DNA from: Hyaloraphidium curvatum SAG 235-1
Lineage: Eukaryota > Fungi > Monoblepharomycota
DNA length: 64,000 bases
NCBI GenBank assembly: GCA_025558095.1
Contig: JAIVFI010000039.1
Span: 62,001 to 126,000 of the forward strand
Reading direction: 5' to 3'
The translations under genes and the position numbers were made by a program. Below, piece after piece: positions 1-12,277 of the stretch (its first letter is position 1; each line of letters opens with the position of its first letter). Under the pieces are notes generated by a model that searched no databases, was not told the DNA's origin, and was given only the letters and a program-made list of their open reading frames with translations.

Positions 1-435
1 CATTCCAGAATCTGACCGCACATTGTCGCCAGGGCGGAATCTCCATGGCGTCATGGTCCACTGCGGGTACGACCTGCCCGGCATCACCGACGTGCGGCAC
101 CACGATTGGCACCGTGAGTCCCGACGCCTGATAGAGCTTTCCGGGCGAGCTGACTTCCATCCCCATCTGTCCAGACCGCAAGTTTGACGGCAACTGTGAG
201 TCTCTGGCGGCTGGCCCTCCTCGCTCGCCGTTTCGCTGACGGCCTCAACCCAGACGGCATCTATGCCGGCATCATCACCCTGGACCGCATCTTCGGCACC
301 ACGTCGCCGTCGTACCTCAAGTGGCTGACGGAATGGAACAGGAAGCGGGATCCCCTGACGCACCTGGAGCTCAAGGAGGAGCCTGCGGTCGGAAGGAAGG
401 AGGCGGACGCGGATGGAAAGGCGGTCGTCGCGTAG
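1..435 (+). CDS. 3' part of a fatty acid hydroxylase / sterol desaturase family gene (multi-exon, begins before the window)
   Basis: Exons read VHCGYDLPGITDVRHHDWH (His box), FDGN, and GIYAGIITLDRIFGT, separated by GTGAGT...CAG introns; stop at 435. Confidence 0.75.
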
Positions 436-479
436 CGAGGCCAAACAATTGTCGTTTCGTGATGATTAGTCATCTTGTG

Positions 480-1412
480 TCACATCTTTGCTTTGGCGTC
501 GTTGCCCTGGGAGTTCATGGCCTCGAGCCTCCTCCCCATCTCCTCGTGCGCATTGAGCAGTCCGGTCAGCCACTCGTTGTCCTCTTCCCCCGTGATTACC
601 CCGCCGTCCAGCAGCTCCTTCCTCAGGCGCACGCAGATCTCCTTGATTGCCTCGCCGCGGACCGCGAGGTCCCCGTCCGCCGCGACGATCTTCAGCCGCT
701 CCTCGTACCAAGCCGACTCCGGCAGTTTGGAGAACTCGCGCGGGAGCCACTTCCAGTACGGCGCAAAGTCCCCGCCGAGGAGGAACAGCAGCCTCATCGT
801 CCCGGCGACGAACTCGCCGACCGCGATTGCTACCGCCAGGGGATCCTCGCGGTGCACGAGTCTCCAGCAAAAGTTGTATTCTCCGTGGTGCCAGACGCGG
901 AAGCACTCTTCTTTGAGCCTCGTGAGCCGCACGCGGGGAGGGTAACGCGACCACGCGGCGCGGAGTGCGGTGAGCTCGCCAGTGCCGTCGAACCAGACCG
1001 CGCCGCGCCGGAGAAAGTACAGGGATGATTCGAAGCGGGCGTCCCAATCAACGTCCGATGTCGGAGCCGACGGGCGGCCGATCATGGAGGCGAACCAGGC
1101 CGGCACCGACGTGACGATGACGGCCTTGTCTCCCCCGCCCGCCAGGCGGTAACCTTTCCAGGGATTCGGCGACGACGCGTTCAGCTTCTCTGACACCGCG
1201 TCGCCCATCGCCGCAAAGTCCTCCGAGCCCAGGAAGAGCCAGAACTGCGGACCCCACGAGTGGTCGCGCGAGAGCTCGTCGTCGTTCCGGAGGACATCCG
1301 AACCCTGCAGCCGCCCCGCCGCGAAGCGGTCCTCCAGCTCCGGGCAGAGCGAACGGATCGCGGGAAAGCCCCATTCGCGGAAGAAGGCCTCCGCCACGTC
1401 GAGTCCCTGCAT
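480..1412 (-). CDS. DUF4037-like protein, bacterial type, intronless
   Basis: From ATG 1412: MQGLDVAEAFFREWG...GSDVLRNDDELSRDHSWGP...FAPYWKWL, matching the GS-x-GxDDxxSxDHxxGP and APYxKWL motifs I recall for this family. Confidence 0.7.
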   Translation of the reverse strand: MQGLDVAEAFFREWGFPAIRSLCPELEDRFAAGRLQGSDVLRNDDELSRDHSWGPQFWLFLGSEDFAAMGDAVSEKLNASSPNPWKGYRLAGGGDKAVIVTSVPAWFASMIGRPSAPTSDVDWDARFESSLYFLRRGAVWFDGTGELTALRAAWSRYPPRVRLTRLKEECFRVWHHGEYNFCWRLVHREDPLAVAIAVGEFVAGTMRLLFLLGGDFAPYWKWLPREFSKLPESAWYEERLKIVAADGDLAVRGEAIKEICVRLRKELLDGGVITGEEDNEWLTGLLNAHEEMGRRLEAMNSQGNDAKAKM

Positions 1413-1506
1413 TGTGTGACGGGGAGCAGAGGGAAGCTGCGGTTTACGCGTCGATCCGTAAACAAACGCGTCCCGCCCCATTGCCCGGAATACGTCGCTT
1501 CCTACG

Positions 1507-2762
1507 ATGTCGGGCGGCGGCGGAAAGAAAGGCGTGCCGGCCAAGATGCCGGCCGAGGCCCTGGCGCGGTTCCCGAACGCGGAGCCGATCGGCGCGCCCA
1601 CCGCCACGGGCATGGCGCTGAGCGCGGTCGCGAACGCAAAGTACACGAGCGCGTTGGAGCGGCTGTCAACTGCTCTGGTTGCCCTGCGGACGGCAGCGGA
1701 GGCGAAGGTCGCGGCCGGCGAGGATGCCAGGAGCGCCGGAGGCCGCGGATGCACCGTGCGCCCGGCCGCGGACGCCGTGTCGGACCTGGGCAGAAAGGCG
1801 ATCATGGGCGCGCAGCTCCTCGGACCTGGCGCCGCAGCTCCTGGCCGCGCGTCCGTCCGGACCCCTCGTGCAGATCTCTTTCATGGACGCCTTCAGGGAG
1901 GCCTTCCCGCACATCAGGCGAATCGTGCGGATGGCATCGGACAAGGCGCTGCTCAACTACTTCGTCGCTGGGCCTGCCAAGTTGGTCGGGCTGCCCGTCG
2001 CCGACCCCAAAGGGTACTCCATTTTCAGCGTCCTCGACGTGGACCCGCGCTCCCTTCCCCGCATCGCATTCACGAAGATCTTTGGCGCTTACGTCAACAC
2101 GGACGTGTTCCAGATCGCGTGTCGCGTGCCCGTCGACGCGCTCTTCGGATTCCCCAACCACCAGTCCCTGCGCCGCCGCATGTCCAAGGAGCTCGATTTC
2201 TGCGACGTGCTCATCCAGCGAAACGCTGGACTGGATCCTCGCCTACGAGCTCGGCGGCCCGCCGGGGCCCGAGGACGCATGGAGCTTCGCCCCGAACGAG
2301 GCGGACAAGATCGCGCAGATGATCAGCCGCGTGGTGTGGGCCAGCCCCAAGGCGTGGAAGCGGCACATGGAGGCGCCCGACAGGGAGGCCCAGGGTCTTC
2401 CCACTCCCAGCGCTCTGCTGGACGCACTGGAGCGCATGGCAGCGGCGCTCCCTAAGGCGGACCAGGACACGGTCGGCCGGCAGCTCCGCCAATCCCGCAT
2501 CCGCTTCGCCGAGATCCTCGCCCCCGAGCAGGCCAAGGCGATGGAGGCGGCGGCGTCGCCCGCGCTGCGGCGGGACCTGGCGATGCTGCGCAAGGCCGAG
2601 GGGTTGCTGGCCAAGCACGATCAGGTGTTTTGCGACGGGTGCTGGACGCAGGCAAAGGGGCCGCTCAAGATGTGCTCGAGGTGCAAGGTCGCGTGGTACT
2701 GCTCGGTCGAGTGCCAGCGCAACGCTTGGAAGGAGCACAAGGTCGAGTGCGCTGCGGACTAA
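1507..2762 (+). CDS. MYND zinc-finger protein (spliced or frameshifted; exon structure approximate)
   Basis: C-terminus CDGC...CSRCKVAWYCSVECQRNAWKEHKVEC; upstream coding is spread over several frames. Confidence 0.7.
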
Positions 2763-2880
2763 GTTAAAGCAAAGCGATGTATTTGCCATAGGGAATGCAA
2801 ATCGTGCTCCGAGGCGGGGAAGTTGACGGCCGAGCTTGGCGGTCGCCTGCCAAATCCGGGAACCCACGCTCGCGGCTGTA

Positions 2881-3561
2881 ATGCCAATGGAGCTCGCCAA
2901 ACAACATCTTGACGTCGGCCTCATCACGACGGACTGGCCGGCGTCGGAGGCCTTCTGGAAGCACGATGCTGGGCTGAACTACGAGGAGCTCCTTACCATC
3001 CCCGGCACCCCGATCCGGCAGCACCGCTTCGGCTGCAACGGCAGCGTGGTCAAAGTCAACGCCGCGGAGGAGACGCCGGACAACCCGACCATCTACCGTG
3101 GTCTCCGGATCGCGTCAGAAGGCGTCACCGCGCCCACGGTCCTTCCCCACCCCGACGGCGTCGAGGTGGAGCTCGTGCCCCGCGGACACGACGGCATCAC
3201 CGGGATCGAGATCACCATCTCGACCGCCGACCCCGCTCAGGCGCGGCGGTTCTACGTCGGCGCGCTGGGCGGCTCGGACCTTGGCGACGGCCGCTTCCTC
3301 GTGGGGGACACCGTGATCCGGCCCGTGCACGCCCCAGGATTGGCCCCAATGACGGCACGCGATGGCCGTGGGATCCGATACCTCACCGTGCAGGTCCGCA
3401 ACTGCGACGCCGAGCACGCGAGGATCACGGGGATGGGATTCGGTGAGGGTCTGGCCCCGATCACTCTGGGCGAGGTGGCGAGGATCTCGTTCGTCCGCGA
3501 TGCTGACGGGGGATGGGTGGAAGTGTCGCAGAGGGCGTCGTTGGTCGGGAAGCTAAGCTGA
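2881..3561 (+). CDS. VOC/glyoxalase family protein, bacterial type, intronless
   Basis: MELAKQHLDVGL...RQHRF..NGSVVKVN...ARRFYVGALG...GIRYLTVQV...ARISFVRDADGGWVEVSQRASL; two VOC repeats. Confidence 0.75.
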   Translation: MPMELAKQHLDVGLITTDWPASEAFWKHDAGLNYEELLTIPGTPIRQHRFGCNGSVVKVNAAEETPDNPTIYRGLRIASEGVTAPTVLPHPDGVEVELVPRGHDGITGIEITISTADPAQARRFYVGALGGSDLGDGRFLVGDTVIRPVHAPGLAPMTARDGRGIRYLTVQVRNCDAEHARITGMGFGEGLAPITLGEVARISFVRDADGGWVEVSQRASLVGKLS

Positions 3562-3685
3562 TTGGGGCCGGAAGGGGGGCTGCTCTGGTTGGAATTTCAA
3601 TCGACGCGGAGCTGTTCCAAATCTTCGCAAGACTATCGACAATTCTGCTACTTGATTTCGAGATGTCCAGAGATTGCGCCGCGCT

Positions 3686-4708
3686 TCAGGGACCACCCGC
3701 GGCATCCTCCACAGGCCCAGCCGCCGACTTCTTTGCCGGCGGCCTGCAGTCCGGTTTGTGCCGCGGCCAATCCTTCTTCTGGCACTCGCCCGAGCAGTAG
3801 TAAGTCAGGGTGCAACGCGAGCACCGCTGCAGATCCCGCTCCACGTCCTTGGATCCCTTCCCGCACAGGTGGCAGACAGAATACAGCCGCACGGGGAGGT
3901 CCGTCCCGTCGGGCGTGCCCTCCTTCTTCATGTACGCGAGCGCGGTCTTGATGACATCCATCCTGCAGCCGCCACAGTACGGGAACCCGAAGAGGGTGAC
4001 TGAGCGCGGCCAGCCCTCGGGCGCGAAGTACTCAAACACCTGCAGGTCCTTGGCCTTGATGCCGCAGCGCACGCAGTCGGGCTTGCTGGCGAGAAAGTGC
4101 TTCACGGTGAGCTGGCTCCCCTCGGAGCTGCGGACGTGCTGAACGAGATCCTCGGGTTTGTTGATGAGCGGCGCATCGACGAGGATGTTCTTTCGGCGCT
4201 CGTCCAGGTCCCAGCCCGGCGGCGATCCTTTCACCAACGACGTGCAGAGCCTGCTGATGACTTCGAGCGGGTGCTTTCCGTTGACAGGCGCGGGCCTCTT
4301 CGTGCCCGACAGCATATTCTTGGCGTCTCTCGTCAGGTTGGACTTTGCTTTGGCCCTGCACACCTCCGATTCGCAGACCAGCTGCAGCTCGGAGACGGTC
4401 CACCCGCGCGGGTCGGAGATCAGGGGAAGTTCCCCCGGCATGGCCCCCACTGCCGGCTTCCTGCACTGGAAACATTTCCGCGCGGAAGGCCGGAAGGGGC
4501 CTAGGTACTTGTTGACCTGGACGTTGGCGAAATTGAAGCCGTGTCCAGGATCAGGCGCTCCACGGTGGGGTCGCGCATCCGCGACACGGGGACAGGCAGA
4601 GGGCAGGATGTCCAGCGGTCCACGGTCGTGTCGCCGTCGAGGATGTTGATGTACATCCGGCCGGGCTCCGCCTGGGAGAGGTTGCGCATGGGCTCCGCGG
4701 CGGGCATC
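3686..4708 (-). CDS. MYND zinc-finger protein (5' end uncertain; ORF 3686-4441 plus a probable upstream exon)
   Basis: CHLC...CSRCTLTYYCSGECQKKDWPRHKPDC, with an extra CxxC...CxxC upstream. Confidence 0.75.
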   Translation of the reverse strand, partial: DARRGAHAQPLPGGARPDVHQHPRRRHDRGPLDILPSACPRVADARPHRGAPDPGHGFNFANVQVNKYLGPFRPSARKCFQCRKPAVGAMPGELPLISDPRGWTVSELQLVCESEVCRAKAKSNLTRDAKNMLSGTKRPAPVNGKHPLEVISRLCTSLVKGSPPGWDLDERRKNILVDAPLINKPEDLVQHVRSSEGSQLTVKHFLASKPDCVRCGIKAKDLQVFEYFAPEGWPRSVTLFGFPYCGGCRMDVIKTALAYMKKEGTPDGTDLPVRLYSVCHLCGKGSKDVERDLQRCSRCTLTYYCSGECQKKDWPRHKPDCRPPAKKSAAGPVEDAAGGP

Positions 4709-5471
4709 TTCCTAGTTTCGCTGAGCACCACCGAGGACGCGTAGGGCGCGTCGGCGAAACTAGGACAGTGGCCAATTGGCCCTAAGAGCGTCGAAACGCG
4801 TGCTTGTAGCCCGGCAGCTCCCGAGGGAACGGATCGGGCACAGAGTCGCGATCAGGGTAAACAACGGCAAACAACTTGAAGACGCAGCTGCCGCCGAAGA
4901 CCGTTGAAGCATGCCGTCCTATGTGAGAAAAAAATATCCCTCGCGCCCGGATATGGCGATCGACAGCGATGAGGCGTTGCACCCGTCGGTCGCACGTCTG
5001 AATCGCGCCCTGGCCAGGTGCAGGGCGGGCGAAACGGAGACCGATCCCGCGGCCAAATACTCCGCCGCCGCTTTCCGCCTGCTGGCCGCGCAAAGGTTTA
5101 CGAAGCCGCTGCGAAGCTGAAGGACGAGGACCGGGCGGACATCGACGCGTCGCCGTTCGCCCTTTTCACGGACACGTGCGACGGCAAAGCCTTCGGAGTG
5201 CACGTCGACATCATCCGCGACCTCAACGGGTGCTTCGACAAGGAGCAACAGTTTCGTGCCGCGCCCGGCTACGGAAGCTCGTCGTCGATCGGTGTGCCTG
5301 GAGGAGTGGCGAGCGTGATTGATCTCTACAAGGCCGGGATCGGGGTCGGCAGGAGGGAGGGGGCGCTTGAGGATTCCGCGAGCATGTATTGTATTCCCTG
5401 CAAGAAATCCCCGCTGAAACCCAAGTTGCGTCGAGATCACGTCGCTCGCCGCACGCGACGCATTTCCAGCT

Positions 5472-6135
5472 TCAGCCGTCCAGCGTCTTGTCGAACCAGC
5501 ACTCGCCGAGGCTCCAGTAGACGTGCTTGAGTTCGTCCCTCCACGGGATGGCGAGAAGCTCCCTGGTGACCTCGACGGTGGGGCGGAACTCCACGAAGGA
5601 CCCCGACGGCTCCATAACGCGCATGTGTAGCTCGGCAACCACAGGGGAGTGGCAGCTTGGTACCTCCATGGGCTGCGGTTCCAGCTTCTCGTCCTTCCGC
5701 TTCTCCTTCACCGACTTGAGAAACTCTTTCGCCACGTCAGCGCAAGTGCTGGTCTTCGAACAGTACGGCACGATCTCCGTGGTGACGCCGACGTGCGGGT
5801 GCGAGCAGTGACCGCACAGAGTGCCTTGCTCGGGTCCTTTCCAGCCCGGAGGGACGAAGTACCACGCCTCCTCGAGGTTGAACCTAGAGGGCTTCCCGCA
5901 ACCGAGGCACGGCCAGTCCCGAGACGCCCAGACCTTCTTGCGCCACTCGACACCGTAGGAGCCCAGGCCCGTACCGAAAGGAGAGGGGTCGACGGGCGCC
6001 TGGAGGACCGAGGAGGGAACCTCCATCACGAGCAGTTTGTCGCCGGAGTACGGGACGCCGCGGCACTGGAACTCGAGCGGGGCGGCGATGCGAACTTGGA
6101 GAAGCACCGGAAGCGAGGCAAAGACCTCGGTCATT
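5472..6135 (-). CDS. Hypothetical Cys-containing protein, possibly a truncated paralogue of the neighbouring MYND-associated family
   Basis: Protein-like ORF with WPCLGCGKP...PYC...C resembling the pre-MYND region of 3686-4441; no MYND finger present. Confidence 0.4.
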
Positions 6136-6606
6136 GCTGGGCTATGGGTTGTGGTGTCCGTGGGGGAAAGAGAAGAGTCGCCGAAGGAGTCACCGCGCGT
6201 TTGCCTGCCCTGCTGATGAGGCGCAATGTTTGGATAGCGTCGCGACTCCACGCATTCCGCGGGCGAATTGTGTGCCTATCACCGCGGAAATCCCACGCTG
6301 CGTCAGCATCTGAACGAGGTCTCGAGTGTCTAGCCTTGCTCGGTGCCGGAGGATCGTGAATCAACTGGACTGATCTTGAGTCACTGACGATCTGGCGGTT
6401 CTGGCTTTACTCTTTCGCGCTGTCCCATGCAGCAGCATGAGGGCGCAATCATCCATCGTGAAGGGCCTCGGGAAGCGAAGAGGAACTAGAATGCTCGATG
6501 GAACGAACAGTCTGCTGGGTTCAGGCACGTCGCGGCGCTGCCCTTGCCACCTGTCTCCCAACTCCAAACCAGAACCGGCCCTTGACCTTGGCTTGCCCAG
6601 TCCAGA

Positions 6607-8121
6607 ATGGCCTCGCGCACGGCGCAGATTGTCGGCCACCTCGCCGCGCCCGCGGAGCTCGTGTGCGACTTCCTCGTCGTCGGCGCCGGCGCGTCCGGGC
6701 TCGGGTTCAGCGATGCCTTGCTGCTCTGCGACCCGTCCGCCACGGTCGTCTGCGTCGACCGCCTCGCGGGGCCCGGCGGGCACTGGAACGACGCGTACCC
6801 GTTTGTTCGTTTGCACCAACCGTCGGGGCTGTACGGCGCGTGTTCGCTGCCGCTCGGGACGGGCTTCATCGAGACGGCCGGGCACTCGGCAGGGATGGCC
6901 GAAATGGCGTCGGGCGCCGAGTGCCTGGCCTACTTTGACAAGTTGCTGCGGACCGTGCTGCTCCCCACGAAGCGGTTCACCTACCTGCCGATGCACGAGC
7001 TGGACTGGGTCAAGCTTGAGGAGGGAGGGGAAGGTTGCGAGCGCGAGGCGGGCACGGCCTGGGCGACCAACCTCGTCACGCGGAAGCCGGTCAAGATCGT
7101 CTACCGTCGCCGCCTGGTCGACAGCACGCACGCCGGCGTGACCGTGCCGTCGACGCGGCCACCACCCTTTGCGCTGGACGACGGCGTGGACTGCATTGAT
7201 CCCTCGAAGCTGCCCACCGCCTCCGCCGCTGGCGCCGTCGCAAAGACCCCGCGGATCTGCATCGTTGGCGCCGGCAAGACGGGCATCGACGCGATGCTCT
7301 TTCTCCTGGACCGCGGCGTGGAGCCCGACAAGCTCACCTTCGTCGTGCCTCGCGACCAGTTCTTTTACCCCCGCGAATCGCTGAACCCAACCGTCCCCGC
7401 CTTCCTCCCGCTCGTGGGCCGGGTTGAGGCCGCCACGCGCCAGGCGGTGCGCACCGCCAAGACCCCGCGGGAGTTCCTCGACCAGCTCGAGGCCGCCGGC
7501 GCCCTCGTCCGCCTGGACGACGACGCGCCCTACCCGACCATGTTTCATGGAGCCACCGTGACGGCTTCGGAGCTCGACGCCATGCGTACGGTGCGGCACG
7601 TGGTCCGCAAGGGCCGCATCCGCGGCGTCACCCGTTCGGGCATGGACATGGAAGGCGGGCACGAGCCCATGCCGTCGGGGACCCTATACGTCGATTGCAC
7701 CAACGACACCAACACTCCGCGCCCCTCCGAGCCCGTTTTCCGCCCCGGCCGGATCACCGTGCAGGGCTGCATGCGCCTCCACCCCACCTTCTCCGCCGCC
7801 CTGATCGGCCACCTCGCCACCACCGACCTCCCCGACGCCCGGCGCAACGCCATGACGCGCGTTGTGCCGCACGCCGACAGGCCGTGGGAGGTGCTCACGA
7901 TGCGGCTGGACACCAACCGCAACGCGAGGGAGTGGATGCGGCACCGGCCCACGCGGGACTTTCTGGCCGGGTGCAGGCTGTTTGGTGGCTGGCTGAGGAA
8001 CAAGCCGGCAAAGGGGGAGGCGGGGGATAACGTGGCGGGGCAGGTGGTTGCGATCGCGGACGAGGAGGACGCGCCGCTGGCGGCGCTGGTGGAGATGGCG
8101 AGAAGGGGGGAAGGTCTGTGA
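6607..8121 (+). CDS. FAD/NAD(P)-binding oxidoreductase, bacterial type, intronless
   Basis: VVGAGASG Rossmann motif, PGGHWNDAYPFVRLHQPS motif, second dinucleotide motif IVGAGKTGID; 504 aa. Confidence 0.85.
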   Translation: MASRTAQIVGHLAAPAELVCDFLVVGAGASGLGFSDALLLCDPSATVVCVDRLAGPGGHWNDAYPFVRLHQPSGLYGACSLPLGTGFIETAGHSAGMAEMASGAECLAYFDKLLRTVLLPTKRFTYLPMHELDWVKLEEGGEGCEREAGTAWATNLVTRKPVKIVYRRRLVDSTHAGVTVPSTRPPPFALDDGVDCIDPSKLPTASAAGAVAKTPRICIVGAGKTGIDAMLFLLDRGVEPDKLTFVVPRDQFFYPRESLNPTVPAFLPLVGRVEAATRQAVRTAKTPREFLDQLEAAGALVRLDDDAPYPTMFHGATVTASELDAMRTVRHVVRKGRIRGVTRSGMDMEGGHEPMPSGTLYVDCTNDTNTPRPSEPVFRPGRITVQGCMRLHPTFSAALIGHLATTDLPDARRNAMTRVVPHADRPWEVLTMRLDTNRNAREWMRHRPTRDFLAGCRLFGGWLRNKPAKGEAGDNVAGQVVAIADEEDAPLAALVEMARRGEGL

Positions 8122-8251
8122 TCGAACTTCAATCCATTGCCGTGGCAGCGAATCCATTGCCGTTGCAGCTTCGACAAGTCACCTTGGTGATGGTGGGTCG
8201 GGGTCTGCCGCGCCTTCCGCTGCGGGAGGGACCCCGAAACACCCAAACACC

Positions 8252-8743
8252 ATGACCACCGAAGCGCCTCCGGACCTCGTCGCGGCCTGGGAACGGCTCG
8301 ACGCCGCCGTCAACGACTCGGACGCGCGGGCCGACGCGGCGCGCGAGTCGTTCGTGCCCATTTACGACCGCGCCGACGCGCTCATCGAGCGCAACGCGGG
8401 CCTCTCGCCGCCGACCGAGGCCGAGGCGGAGTGGAACACCATCGAGCCCGCCATCCAGGCGCTGCAGGAGCAGATCGTTGCCGCCCAGGGCGAGGTGGAT
8501 GCCCTCCAGGAGAAGCTTGGAGCCCTGAGGGACCCGGTGGCCGAGGCGGGGGACCTTGTGGAGGCCGGGGACGACGCCCAAAGGCAGAAGGCGAGGGCGG
8601 ACATCGCGAGGCTGGAGGGCGAGGTCGCGGCAATCAACGCCCAGGTTGACGGCGTGAAGCGGGCGAGGGCCGACGCGATCACGGCAGGGTTGAACGCGCA
8701 GGAGGACAAGATCAAGAGGCTCGAGGCCATGCCTTCTTCCTGA
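8252..8743 (+). CDS. Hypothetical coiled-coil protein
   Basis: Heptad-rich A/E/L/Q ORF from MTTEAPP with GC-ending codons. Confidence 0.55.
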   Translation: MTTEAPPDLVAAWERLDAAVNDSDARADAARESFVPIYDRADALIERNAGLSPPTEAEAEWNTIEPAIQALQEQIVAAQGEVDALQEKLGALRDPVAEAGDLVEAGDDAQRQKARADIARLEGEVAAINAQVDGVKRARADAITAGLNAQEDKIKRLEAMPSS

Positions 8744-9416
8744 GGCGCGACTGGACAAATAGCAGGGTATCCATTACATCGCCAGTCTCCTTTACCGAGA
8801 ATCTTCTCCCTCTAGGCTCTCGGCCTCGCGATCCTCCTCGGAATCCTTGCTGGTGAGGATCTTGGCCAGCAGCCTGTCCGAGACCATCATCGCCTCCGCA
8901 AACGCCTTGGTTGGATCGTCCACCCGGTATCCGACGGCGTGGTTGCCGACTGGGGGCGCGGGGTGAGGTCGAACGCGAGCTTGAAGCCCGAATCCGAGAT
9001 GCTGTCGAGGAACTTGACGCCTAGATGGTGCGCCGCCATCGCGTCAAGAGATAAACTGCATCGGCATTCGCTCCACGAACAGCCGCAGAGGGCCACAGAC
9101 TAAATCATCTCGGAACAACGTGTGCAGTTAGAGCTGAGTTGCCATGGCGGCGGCGAACTTCCTCTGCCGAAGTTCCCCGCGCAGCTTGAAGCTTTGTTTG
9201 GCAACGAAGAGGTAAAATGGAGGCGAAGAGGTGAGATGGGGGCTTCGTCTCCCGCTACGTGTGCGCGTCTCCCGATCGCGCCGCCCGCCCGGTACAGCCC
9301 AAGCAATCGAGTCACACGACACGGAAGTCCTCGCAGGACGCGCTTCCGGGGGCCTCGCGGACCTCCCACCTTCCCGACGAGTGGTTGGCGCCATTGTTGT
9401 CGCCGGGTCGGCTCCA

Positions 9417-10457
9417 ATGAAGCGCAAAGCTGCCGCGGCAGCCCCGGAAGAGGGCGATGTCGGACCGAAGAATCCTCCGAAGCAGGCCAAGAAAGCCGCT
9501 GCGGACCGCAAAAAGCTTTCGAAACAAGTCCGACGGAAGCCGATGAAGATCACGGACCTGCCGGACGACGTCCTCCGCGACCTCTGCAAGTGGGTTGCAC
9601 GAGAAGCCCCGAGGGCGAACGGCTGACCCCTTCATCCCAGCACCCTCGGCATCGTCAACCTGGTTGCCATCGTTCGCTTGTCGGCGACCTGCCGCTCTCT
9701 GCGCGCCGCCATCGGCGCCATTGCACCGTGGCAGCACACCCTGCTTGATCTCGCTGCAGCCCCGATAGACGACTCGACCGAAGGCCCGAAGGCGAAGCGC
9801 CCCGAGAACACGGTCGATCCGAAGGATCTCGTGCGCAAGCGCGGTGCGATGGACTGGTGGAAACCGCTCGCCAAGTACGGCGCCCGCCTCTGCCTCGCCT
9901 GCTGCAACCTGCACCGCCGGGCCGACGTCCTGCGGGTGGACGCGCCCGCCACGCTGGTCGATCTGATGGCGTGGGAGATCCAGGAGGGAGAGGACGTCTA
10001 CCCCATCGGGATCTGGGACGAGGCGAACGAGGCGGACGACGATGATGCGGACCATGCAGAGGACGACGAAGACTGGGATCTGGTCCAGAGCGCGCGCACT
10101 TCGCTCTGCGCCTCCTGCCGGCAAGATCTCTGGACGCTCGCGTTGATCCTGGCCCGCGACGAGCCCCGCGATGTTCCCGACTGCGCCGACGCTCTCGATC
10201 GCAAGGCGGGCCTCTGGGTCAACAAGAAGGACGGCGAGCGACGCTACCACCTGCGCGGGCTGATGGGCAACATTCCGCACGCCGAGGTCGTCATCGCGAC
10301 GAGGTACCGGTGGCGCGGGTCGTCCGACATCATCGAGTACCGCTACGACCTCGATCGCGTGCTGATGCGGGCGTGGGAAACGCACGGGGGGCCATGGGGC
10401 TTGCAGGTGAGCGGTTTTTGGAACCATCGACCCCATCACATGGTAACCTCGGTGTAG
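9417..10457 (+). CDS. F-box protein with a basic N-terminus (intron at about 9590-9640; 3' end approximate)
   Basis: ITDLPDDVLRDLC followed after the intron by VRLSATCRSLR, an F-box consensus. Confidence 0.6.
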
Positions 10458-10614
10458 GCCATTCAGGACAGGGACAGGGAGAAGAGGAAGCTGAGGGAGA
10501 AGAAGCGGAAGGAGAAGGAGAAGCCTTAGGCACGCGCCCGTCTTGGTCAAGACTAGCATCTGTACCTTCATCTTCGCCCAATCATTTACACAAGGAGGTG
10601 CAACTAGTCAAGAA

Positions 10615-12091
10615 TCAGCTACGGTCGGTCTCGCTGTCACTGCTGCCATCACCGGGGCACGGGCCTCCGATCGACTCGGGCAGTGCGAAGGCAGGCGCCT
10701 TGCTGCGCTTAGGCCGGCACACCTTGCCGTGCTCATGCCATGCCTCCCGCTGGCATCTCTCCGAGCAGTAGCGGGCGAGCTTGCAACCGCCGCACCGCAG
10801 GAACTTTGCCCCCTTGCTCCCACGGCTCCCGACCTTTGCTACTCTCCCCACCGCACCGGAACCGCATGCATTATTGTCGCACGTGTCGTCGGCGTGGTAC
10901 TCGTGCGCCCATGTCGCGCAGTCCTCGGCGAAATCCAAGTCCTCCTGCGACGAACCCGGCTCCGCGAGGCCCACGGTAGTGAGAACGTAACGCATCGATA
11001 GCTCCAGGTCGCGGTCGCTCTTTGCCGTCTCCGGCCGGCAGGTTTTGGACCAGGGAGTCTTGCTTCGGATCGAGCACAGGCGCCGGATGGCCTTCTGGAA
11101 CTGCTCGACGGGCAAAGGGATGCCCTGGGACCGAAGATCCAAGCAGTGCTCCCGCCACGGTTTCGGCCTTGCCGCCGCAACGTTTTCCAAGATCAGCGTG
11201 CTGCCGAGCATGTCCTCCACAGCTTCGTCCAACTCGTGATCTGCATCGTCCGATGTCGCCATTGTCTCGAGGTCCGGGAAGATCTCCTCGAAGCTGAGTC
11301 CTTCCAGTTTGAGTGCCTCGACGACACGGACGTTGTAGAGAGCGCTCATCCAGTCAGGCGACAGGGCACCGTAGAGCGACACGGCATCCAGTAGCTCCGG
11401 ATCCTCGGCGATCCGGCGCCGCACGGCCGAGTTGTAGGTCATGATCACCAGGATCGCGATGGCCTGGTTGGCCTCCCGCCCGAAAAGGCCGTCGAACACC
11501 GCGGTGGCCCAGCGGCCCGTCTGCCCGGCGGAGGCGGAGGCGGGCTGCGCTCCCCACGCCGCTCGGCGCTCCGGATCCACGAAGGCCATGATCACCCGAC
11601 GCAGGACCGGTGCGACCTTGGGAAAAACTGTGCTCACCGTCCGGGTGAGAACTTCCCGGGGAAAGCCGTTGGGCGAAATCAGCGGGAGGTGACGTGCCAG
11701 CGGGGAAGAACGGCGCCACGCGGGCCCAGTCCGAGAGCTTCGCCTCGAGGGCGAGAGTGTCGACTTGTTTGTAGATGATGTGAAGACAAGAGCCGCCTTT
11801 GCAGTGCCCGACGGGGTCGAAGTTGTGAGTGTGAAGGAACTCTGCCTCGTACTGCCCGTATTCGGCAGCCGTGCTTCCCCCGGGTGCGAGCCGCTCTGGA
11901 GGCCTCTCCGTCCCGTCCAGAAACTCAAAGTAGCGCGGGGCGAACACGTCGCAGACGTGTCGGCAGACGTCGGCCGAGAACGCGCGAATGTCAAACTCAG
12001 ACCAGCGGGCCGGGCGCACCAGGGCCGACCCGGCGGCCGCTGCTCCGCTCTCTGCAGATGAGCCGGCGACCGTTGCGTGCTTTTTGGGCAT
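10615..12091 (-). CDS. MYND zinc-finger protein (spliced)
   Basis: CDNNAC...CGGCKLARYCSERCQREAWHEHGKVC; probable start MPKKHATV at 12091. Confidence 0.7.
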
Positions 12092-12277
12092 GTTGGAGGA
12101 CGTCTGGCGGCCCTGGGGCGAACTGATGAACGGTGACGGTGCGCGTCGCGCCGGCCGCCTCACTCACGATCCCTGCTATCCTACAGCGTGCTTCTCTGGG
12201 CCATAGTTCGCAAGACTGGTGATCATGCAGTTGATTCTACGACCAAAGATCTACCGTCACCTTGCTCTACACGCGGT